Origin: Syntrophales bacterium | GTDB taxonomy: Bacteria; Desulfobacterota; Syntrophia; Syntrophales; JACQWR01 | Length of the DNA stretch: 64,000 bases | Assembly: GCA_049302035.1 (NCBI GenBank) | Contig: JBAQLR010000108.1 | Span: 4,886 to 68,885 of the forward strand | Reading direction: 5' to 3' | Shown here: piece after piece, positions 57,590-63,270 of the stretch | How positions within the stretch are numbered: the first letter of the stretch is position 1 | How the letters are laid out: every line of letters begins with the position of its first letter | Position numbers and translations under genes: made by a program | The notes under the pieces: generated by a model | Seen by the model: the letters and a program-made list of their open reading frames with translations, nothing else | The model's database searches: none | What the model was told of the DNA's origin: nothing

Positions 57590-58734
57590 ATATTTTGCCA
57601 GGGGACTATCGAAATGTTTTTGTTGGTCAGGGCTTTATCTCCGCCATAAATTAGCCGGGCCGGCGCTTCCGGCTGCCCGGCCAGCTTCAGCCAACGCTTT
57701 AGTGACGTGAAGGAATCCGGAGCGATTGTCTGCCCCGATTTAATTTCGATTGCCTCGAGTTCCTCGCCCTCTTCCCGGATCAGATCGATTTCCAGACCTT
57801 TACTATCTCTCCAATAAAAGAGATTTGCCGGCAGCCCCTCGTTGAAGCGGCCTTTTAAAAATTCGGTCACCACAAACGTCTCAAATAGCGCTCCCCGCTG
57901 GGCATGAAAGCGAACCTGTTCCGGGGTGTTAATTCCCAGCAACCAGGCCGCCAAACCGACATCGCAGAAATACAACTTGGGTGCCTTGATCAAGCGTTTA
58001 TTGAAGTTCCGGTGATGGGGGCGCAGCAGATAGATCAGATAACTCGCCTCCAGGACGGATATCCACGCTGCCGCGGTATTATGCGTAATGCCGCAATCGG
58101 AGGCCAGTGATGACAAGTTCAGAATTTGACCGGTGCGGGCGGCGCACATCTTGACGAAGCGCTGGAATGCCGAGAGATCGCGGACGTTGATCAACTGTCG
58201 CGCATCCCGTTCCACATAGGTGGCGATGTAGCCGGAAAACCAGTCGCCGGAAAAAATGTCACGGTCGTACAGCGGGGGGTACAATCCCCGCACCAGCAGC
58301 TCTTCAAGAGAATCAGGCAGCTGCCGAACAGCGGCAAGCTCTTCGGCGGCAAAGGTCAGCAGGTGTATCATCCCGACACGCCCCGCTAATGATTGAGTAA
58401 TGCCCGACAGCAGCCCAAATTGCTGAGAACCGGTCAATACAAACATACCGGGGATGATTTTCTCATCCACTTTTGTCTGGAGATAGGAGAAAAGGTGCGG
58501 CGCACGCTGAGCTTCATCCAGGATCGCGCCGTCACGAAAAGCGGCCAAAAGACCTCGGGGGTCGCTTTCCGCCGTGGCTCTGACATCGGGATCTTCCAGC
58601 GACAGATAGGGTTTTTGGGGGAAGGTCAGTTTTGCCAGCGTGGTCTTGCCGGATTGACGCGGCCCCGTAATGGCAACGATGGGAAAGCCTTTTGCCAGAC
58701 GGAGCAGGGCTTTTTGTGCTGTTCTCGGTATCAT
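57556..58734 (-). CDS. DUF4143-type AAA+ ATPase/nuclease-like, paralogue 2
   Basis: Walker A 'GPRQSGKTT' and Walker B 'AILDEAQR'. The C-terminal motif is 'YWRDSKGLEIDLIRE...AIEIKSG'. Confidence 0.8.
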   Translation of the reverse strand: MIPRTAQKALLRLAKGFPIVAITGPRQSGKTTLAKLTFPQKPYLSLEDPDVRATAESDPRGLLAAFRDGAILDEAQRAPHLFSYLQTKVDEKIIPGMFVLTGSQQFGLLSGITQSLAGRVGMIHLLTFAAEELAAVRQLPDSLEELLVRGLYPPLYDRDIFSGDWFSGYIATYVERDARQLINVRDLSAFQRFVKMCAARTGQILNLSSLASDCGITHNTAAAWISVLEASYLIYLLRPHHRNFNKRLIKAPKLYFCDVGLAAWLLGINTPEQVRFHAQRGALFETFVVTEFLKGRFNEGLPANLFYWRDSKGLEIDLIREEGEELEAIEIKSGQTIAPDSFTSLKRWLKLAGQPEAPARLIYGGDKALTNKNISIVPWQNIATFWGSGLEI

Positions 58735-58740
58735 GGGTGC

Positions 58741-58791
58741 ATATTATGCGGAGTTGCACATATTGTCAATACAATTTACAATATGTGCAAC
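58741..58791 (-). promoter_or_regulatory. candidate leaderless promoter plus a perfect 14-bp inverted repeat
   Basis: On the minus strand: TTGACA (58769-58764), 17 nt, TAATAT (58746-58741), 6 nt, ATG (58734). The inverted repeat GTTGCACATATTGT (58753-58766) / ACAATATGTGCAAC (58778-58791) overlaps the -35 element. Confidence 0.5.
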
Positions 58792-58792
58792 T

Positions 58793-58824
58793 CAAAACGC
58801 TAAATTTCAAGACCTGACCCCCAA
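58793..58824 (-). repeat. CJR copy 6
   Basis: CAAAACGCTAAATTTCAAGACCTGACCCCCAA, directly after the PIN-gene stop (58825-58827). Confidence 0.9.
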
Positions 58825-59223
58825 TTACTTGCTAATTGCAGACCAGAATCCTCTTGGGGTCACGATTTTCGTGTCCTTATAGGCAAGCAGACATAATAAA
58901 TCCTGGTCTCCCGTGATTATGTATTCTGCCAATGAACGGTGAGCGAGGCCCAACACATGAATATCGTTCTTATCTCTGCACAATGACTCATCTAAATCAT
59001 CGGTCCCGGAAACAAGACAATTTTCTCTCAAATACGACACGATCAACCGGCATTGCGGTAAGGGGAGCTTGATTTTTCGCTCTAAATTTGTTGATACTTC
59101 CGCTAAAATCGCTTCACTCACGATGACATCAAACCGGTCAAGGCAGAGCTCGAAAACTGCGCTGCAGAGCCCACGACTGGCAAAGGCAGCAATGATCACA
59201 TTGGTATCAAGAATGACCTTCAT
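58825..59223 (-). CDS. PIN-domain toxin
   Basis: 'MKVILDTNVIIAAF' and 'YIITGDQDLL'. Confidence 0.8.
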   Translation of the reverse strand: MKVILDTNVIIAAFASRGLCSAVFELCLDRFDVIVSEAILAEVSTNLERKIKLPLPQCRLIVSYLRENCLVSGTDDLDESLCRDKNDIHVLGLAHRSLAEYIITGDQDLLCLLAYKDTKIVTPRGFWSAISK

Positions 59224-59438
59224 GAAATCATGTTGAATATATCTTCATCAGACAATATGCCCTGCGCCTCTGCAAATGGCAGTACCATATTTTTTAACCT
59301 GCGAAAGCGGTAAATAGCCAAATACCGTTTTAAGGATTCGCGCACGATATCACTCACCGGTTTATTCTCGTTTCTGCTTAATTCCTGCAACCCTTCTCTC
59401 ATGTCATCGGGCAGCCGGATAGTAAGAGTTTGATTCAT
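59220..59438 (-). CDS. ribbon-helix-helix antitoxin
   Basis: 'LTIRLPDDMREGLQELSRNENKPVSDIVRESLKRYL'. Confidence 0.65.
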   Translation of the reverse strand: MNQTLTIRLPDDMREGLQELSRNENKPVSDIVRESLKRYLAIYRFRRLKNMVLPFAEAQGILSDEDIFNMIS

Positions 59439-59453
59439 AGAGCACCTCCATTC

Positions 59454-59489
59454 GTGTTACAACGTAACACGCCCTGGTATTGCTGTCAA
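59454..59489 (-). promoter_or_regulatory. candidate promoter and operator of the RHH-PIN cassette
   Basis: On the minus strand: TTGACA (59489-59484), 17 nt, TACGTT. The palindrome GTGTTAC-aac-GTAACAC (59454-59470) overlaps the -10. A GGAGG Shine-Dalgarno sequence precedes the ATG. Confidence 0.45.
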
Positions 59490-59519
59490 CAAAAAACCGC
59501 GCAATAACATCGGGACAGA

Positions 59520-59559
59520 CAAAACGCTAAATTTCAAGACCTGACCTCCAAAAATTGCA
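59520..59559 (-). repeat. CJR copy 7
   Basis: CAAAACGCTAAATTTCAAGACCTGACCTCCAAAAATTGCA. It contains the ATPase-3 stop codon. Confidence 0.9.
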
Positions 59560-60679
59560 TTTCTGACAACCAGTTTTGAGCGGTGCGGATTTCCAGGCCG
59601 TCGGGATAGGTTTTTTCCCTTTTGAGTTCCTTGACAATCTGGATTTTTTTTGCGCCGGGCAGATATTTCTCGAATAAAGAAAATTTCGCACGACCCTCCG
59701 CATCGCTCCATTTAACTTCGAGCATCAGTGCCGGCTTATCTTCCCTGGTGAGAAAAAAATCAATCTCCCTGCCGTCCTTGTTTCTGAGGTAATAAACGTT
59801 CCATTTTTCGCCGAGGCAATCCTCGCGGAAATGCATTTCTTTCAGCAAGGCACAGGCAACAAGATTTTCCAGCTTCATTCCCGGATCATCCGGCGCCTGC
59901 CCGGTATCGTAAAAATAGTATTTGGGCGCCTTGAGAATGGACCGGGAAATGTTGCGATGAAAAGGGGGTACCTTGAAAACGACATAGAGTGTTTCCAGAA
60001 TAGTCAGCCATCTCTTGACGGTCTTGTCCGAACACTGAAGATCCTCGGCCAGCGAGCTGTATGATATGGGACTGCCAATCTTTCTCCTCAGAAGCTGGAT
60101 GAGTGTTTCAAACGAAGTTATCTGCTGCACATTTTCCAGATCGATCAAGTCCTGCTTCAGAATGATGTCCAGATGGCTTCTCTTCCAGCGATTGTAATAG
60201 GACGCATCGCTTTCCAGAAAGGGCTCAGGAAATCCGCCGATCGCCAAAAGCCTGTCAAGTTTTTCCTCCAGTTTATCTGGCCCCAGCACACTTTTAATTT
60301 CCTTCAGATCAAGGGGGTGGAGCCGAAACTCAAAAAACCTTCCCGCCAGGGAATCGCCTGCCTTTTTAAAGACATCCAGCTTTGCGCTTCCGGTCACCAC
60401 CAGGGAAGGCGGGATGCTTTCGGCATCGTAGATGCCCTTCAGCCATGATTTCCAGTTCTTGAGTTTGTGAAGCTCGTCAAAAATCACCAGATCTTTGGAG
60501 CGATCCCATGACTTATCCAGCAGACTCAGGCGGTGTTCGGCATAATCATAATTGAAATAATCGAAATTATGACTGAGCATCTTTGCCAGGGTCGTCTTGC
60601 CGACCTGTCTCGGGCCGGTGATCAGGACGATTTTTCTTTTAAGATCTTTCTGAATGTATTCTTCGAGGTATCTCTTCAT
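59534..60679 (-). CDS. DUF4143-type AAA+ ATPase/nuclease-like, paralogue 3
   Basis: Walker A 'GPRQVGKTT' and Walker B 'VIFDELHK'. The C-terminal motif is 'YYLRNKDGREIDFFL...MLEVKWS'. Confidence 0.8.
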   Translation of the reverse strand: MKRYLEEYIQKDLKRKIVLITGPRQVGKTTLAKMLSHNFDYFNYDYAEHRLSLLDKSWDRSKDLVIFDELHKLKNWKSWLKGIYDAESIPPSLVVTGSAKLDVFKKAGDSLAGRFFEFRLHPLDLKEIKSVLGPDKLEEKLDRLLAIGGFPEPFLESDASYYNRWKRSHLDIILKQDLIDLENVQQITSFETLIQLLRRKIGSPISYSSLAEDLQCSDKTVKRWLTILETLYVVFKVPPFHRNISRSILKAPKYYFYDTGQAPDDPGMKLENLVACALLKEMHFREDCLGEKWNVYYLRNKDGREIDFFLTREDKPALMLEVKWSDAEGRAKFSLFEKYLPGAKKIQIVKELKREKTYPDGLEIRTAQNWLSEMQFLEVRS

Positions 60680-60685
60680 GCGGCT

Positions 60686-60728
60686 ATTCTATCCTGCATT
60701 CCGAAAAAGTCAAGACTTTTTCGGAATG
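60686..60728 (-). promoter_or_regulatory. candidate leaderless promoter plus a 15-bp inverted repeat
   Basis: On the minus strand: TTGACT (60713-60708), 16 nt, TAGAAT (60691-60686), 6 nt, ATG (60679). The inverted repeat CATTCCGAAAAAGTC (60697-60711) / GACTTTTTCGGAATG (60714-60728) is centred on the -35 element. Confidence 0.5.
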
Positions 60729-60741
60729 GCTGCCTGTTCCT

Positions 60742-61113
60742 ATGGACATTATAGCCATGCAGCATTCAGGTTTAAGTGTGAGACAAATTGCCCGTAAACT
60801 GGGCATTCACAGAAATACGGTGAAGAAGCGAGACCTTTGAATTTTGTCATTTCGGGGAGCATTAGCGACGAGAAATCTTAATGCTCGTGCATAGTTAAAG
60901 ATTTCTCCCTTCGGTCGAAATGACAATATTGGCAGTTATTCAAAGGTCTCGCAGCATATTGAGAACAAAGCGTTTCCTCATTACCATCAGTCTAAACGAG
61001 GCGTAAGCATTCTGGAACCATATAAGCAAATCATCAACGATTACCTTGACCAGGATGACTACCAGGCAACCTGGGTTTTCGATAGAATCAAAAGGACCGG
61101 ATATCCCGGTTTC
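60742..61113 (+). pseudogene. IS21-family istA 5' remnant, split by a MITE and truncated at a CJR
   Basis: It reads 'MDIIAMQHSGLSVRQIARKLGIHRNTVKK', then the MITE, then 'HIENKAFPHYHQSKRGVSILEPYKQIINDYLDQDDYQATWVFDRIKRTGYPG'. This is an IstA-type HTH N-terminus and nothing follows it. Confidence 0.6.
60830..60950 (+). mobile_element. 121-bp MITE, copy B
   Basis: Same element and orientation as copy A. The flanks GAAGC / GCAGC look like an imperfect 5-bp duplication. Confidence 0.85.
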
Positions 61114-61153
61114 CAAAACGCTAAATTTCAAGACCTGACCCCCAAAAGTTGCA
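61114..61153 (-). repeat. CJR copy 8
   Basis: CAAAACGCTAAATTTCAAGACCTGACCCCCAAAAGTTGCA. It contains the ATPase-4 stop codon. Confidence 0.9.
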
Positions 61154-62282
61154 GTTTTTCTATTAAGGTGGGGAGGCTCACAAATGTTACTTCTATCCCT
61201 TTGTAATTTCTGCTAAACGGTTTTTCGACATCCGTGGCCGCCACCAGGGAATCTCCTTCGGGATAACGTTCACGAAACAGTTTCAGATTACCCGGATCGA
61301 AATCGGTCGCCGACCATTTGCATTCAATCGCCACCGGCGGCTTTCCTCTTGCGGCGATCACAAAATCAATTTCATGACCGCGCTTATCACGCCAGTACAT
61401 CACATTCCTCATCTGGAGACGTCCCTGAATCTCGTTCAGGACATAATGCTCCCAGAGCAGCCCCCGGTCTTCCCGCCGGAGTTCACGCCATCCCCGGTAA
61501 TAACAGACAAATCCCGTATCAAAGCCATACACTTTGGGAGCGGAAATGATCTCCGCCGCCTTGTTGCTGCTGAAGGGCCGGACAATGTGCGCCACGTAGG
61601 TCGCCTCGAGAACGGCAAGGTAATTGGCAATGGTCGGCCGGCTGACCTCGCAGGGTCCGGTAAAGCGTGATGCCTCAAAAATGCCGCCGCTCTGCGCCAT
61701 CAGCAGCTCGAAAAACCGCTGGAAGGCGTGTCGACGGCCCAGATGAAAGAGCTCTTGAATATCTTTCGCCCAATAACCGTCCACCCAATCCTGGAAATTC
61801 CGCTCCGGCACGGTCTCGGATAAATAGAACGGCGGCATTCCCCCAAAAAGCAGCCGCTTCGCCAGATCGGCATCCCCGAAATCGGCAAGATCCTGCACCA
61901 GCATGGGGGTGAGCCAGAGGGACTCCTTGCGGCCCGTCAGCGTATCCTTGAATTTGGCGGATGCGCCCAGGGTGGAAGAACCGGTGGCAAGAATCCGCAC
62001 ATCCGGATAGTGATCTGCAGCGATCTTGAGAAGCTCCGAGGGATTTTGCAGACGATGGATTTCGTCGAGGATGATCGTGCGCCCCCGGAGGGGTCGAAGA
62101 AACCCTTCGGCATCTTCCAGCATCGCCCGAACACGGGGCAGCTCGCAATCGAAGTATTCAGCATCCGTAAGACTCTGGCTCAGAAAGGTCTTCCCCACGC
62201 GCCTGACCCCGGAGAGCCAGATCACCGATCGCCTTTCCCAAGCCTTGCCTATCTGTTCCAACCAGAATGATCTTTTCTTCAT
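61128..62282 (-). CDS. DUF4143-type AAA+ ATPase/nuclease-like, paralogue 4
   Basis: Walker A 'GVRRVGKTF' and Walker B 'IILDEIHR'. The C-terminal motif is 'MYWRDKRGHEIDFVI...AIECKWS'. Confidence 0.8.
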   Translation of the reverse strand: MKKRSFWLEQIGKAWERRSVIWLSGVRRVGKTFLSQSLTDAEYFDCELPRVRAMLEDAEGFLRPLRGRTIILDEIHRLQNPSELLKIAADHYPDVRILATGSSTLGASAKFKDTLTGRKESLWLTPMLVQDLADFGDADLAKRLLFGGMPPFYLSETVPERNFQDWVDGYWAKDIQELFHLGRRHAFQRFFELLMAQSGGIFEASRFTGPCEVSRPTIANYLAVLEATYVAHIVRPFSSNKAAEIISAPKVYGFDTGFVCYYRGWRELRREDRGLLWEHYVLNEIQGRLQMRNVMYWRDKRGHEIDFVIAARGKPPVAIECKWSATDFDPGNLKLFRERYPEGDSLVAATDVEKPFSRNYKGIEVTFVSLPTLIEKLQLLGVRS

Positions 62283-62288
62283 GCAACC

Positions 62289-62317
62289 ATAATTTCACAT
62301 AGTGACACTAATTGCAA
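62289..62317 (-). promoter_or_regulatory. candidate leaderless promoter of ATPase 4
   Basis: On the minus strand: TTGCAA (62317-62312), 17 nt, AATTAT (62294-62289), 6 nt, ATG (62282). Confidence 0.4.
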
Positions 62318-62335
62318 GTAAAACATCATTTAGTA

Positions 62336-62348
62336 CAAAACGCTAAAT
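62336..62348 (-). repeat. CJR half-site (distal half only)
   Basis: CAAAACGCTAAAT, after which similarity to the consensus ends. Confidence 0.6.
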
Positions 62349-62413
62349 CACCGCGAAGCAGGCCCGATAGTTTTGGTTGAGGCAAACCCATACGGCGCCC
62401 GGCTTCCTCTTGT

Positions 62414-62534
62414 GAGACCTTTGAATAACTGCCAATATTGTCATTTCGACCGAAGGGAGAAATCTTTAACTATGCACGAGCATTAAGATTTCTCGTCGCT
62501 AATGCTCCTCGAAATGACAAAATTCAAAGGTCTC
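62414..62534 (-). mobile_element. 121-bp MITE, copy C
   Basis: Reverse orientation relative to A and B, flanked by a direct CTTGT duplication. Confidence 0.9.
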
Positions 62535-62770
62535 CTTGTGACAAGCCAAGATTGCGCACAGCCTTAGTGATTTCAATCACGAGCCCAGACTTGATTTTGA
62601 GTTTATCGGCCTCAGGCAAGTCAAGATCGGTTTGCGGTTCACGGACGTTTTCCAGCGGTCTAAGAAATCAGTAACGGTGCGTTTCATGGATGACTAAATA
62701 CACTATGTGTGTATTTTCTGCAAGGACTATTTACCTTAGACAGGTGTTACTTCTCAGTGCGTAGCTCCCA

Positions 62771-62806
62771 CCCCGGCAAAACGATAAATTTAAAGACCCC
62801 CAAAAC
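62771..62806 (-). repeat. CJR copy 10 (variant with a 5-nt internal deletion)
   Basis: CCCCGGCAAAACGATAAATTTAAAGAC-----CCCCAAAAC. Confidence 0.75.
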
Positions 62807-62846
62807 TAAGCTTGACAATCTGTATTTTATAAAATACGATACCGGC

Positions 62847-63267
62847 ATGTACGAGATTATGCAGAGTGCCACATTCTCCCAATGGTTGAGTGGCTTGAAA
62901 GACCAACAGGCACGAATGCGCATACGAGACCTTTGAATAACCGCCAATATTGTCATTTCGACCGAAGGGAGAAATCTTTAACTATGCACGAGCATTAAGA
63001 TTTCTCGTCGCTAATGCTCCTCGAAATGACAAAATTCAAAGGTCTCGCATACATGTGCGACTTGACCGTGTTAGGTTGGGCAATTTTGGTGATGCAGAGC
63101 CCACTGGGGAAGGACTTTCCGAATTGCGTATTCACTACGGCCCAGGTTATCGGCTATATTACATTCGGCGCGCGCTACGGGTCGTGATGTTGTGCGGTGG
63201 CGATAAGTCCTCTCAGCCCCACGATATTGAAAAAGCGAAAATAATCGCTAAGGAATGGAGGGATTAG
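62847..63267 (+). pseudogene. higB: HigB/RelE-type 'addiction module killer' toxin gene interrupted by a MITE
   Basis: It reads 'MYEIMQSATFSQWLSGLKDQQARMRI', then the MITE, then 'HVRLDRVRLGNFGDAEPTGEGLSELRIHYGPGYRLYYIRR...CGGDKSSQ'. Removing the MITE and one GCATAC copy restores the frame. Confidence 0.75.
62926..63046 (-). mobile_element. 121-bp MITE, copy D
   Basis: Same orientation as C, flanked by a direct GCATAC duplication. Confidence 0.9.
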
Positions 63268-63270
63268 ATT

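Larger units (their letters stand above)
62327..62687 (-). pseudogene. XRE-family HTH antitoxin-like gene, disrupted
   Basis: It reads '...ENVREPQTDLDLPEADKLKIKSGLVIEITKAVRNLGLSQ', then the MITE, then 'EEAGRRMGLPQPKLSGLLRGD'. It then runs into a CJR half-site ('LAFCTK*'). The only ATG (62687) is in a different frame. Confidence 0.5.

Noticed and set aside
49258-62806. Regularly recurring direct repeats, which could suggest a CRISPR array
   Set aside because: The repeats are 0.1-3 kb apart. The intervening DNA is full-length protein-coding genes with promoters, the repeat is not palindromic in the CRISPR manner, and no cas genes are present.
62438-63267. Two ORFs sharing the identical N-terminus 'MSFRPKGEIFNYARALRFLVANAPRNDKIQRS' (62438-62674 and 62950-63267)
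   Set aside because: The shared peptide is the translated MITE (copies C and D). The second ORF is a MITE-initiated read-through into the 3' part of the disrupted higB gene and is not a real protein family.
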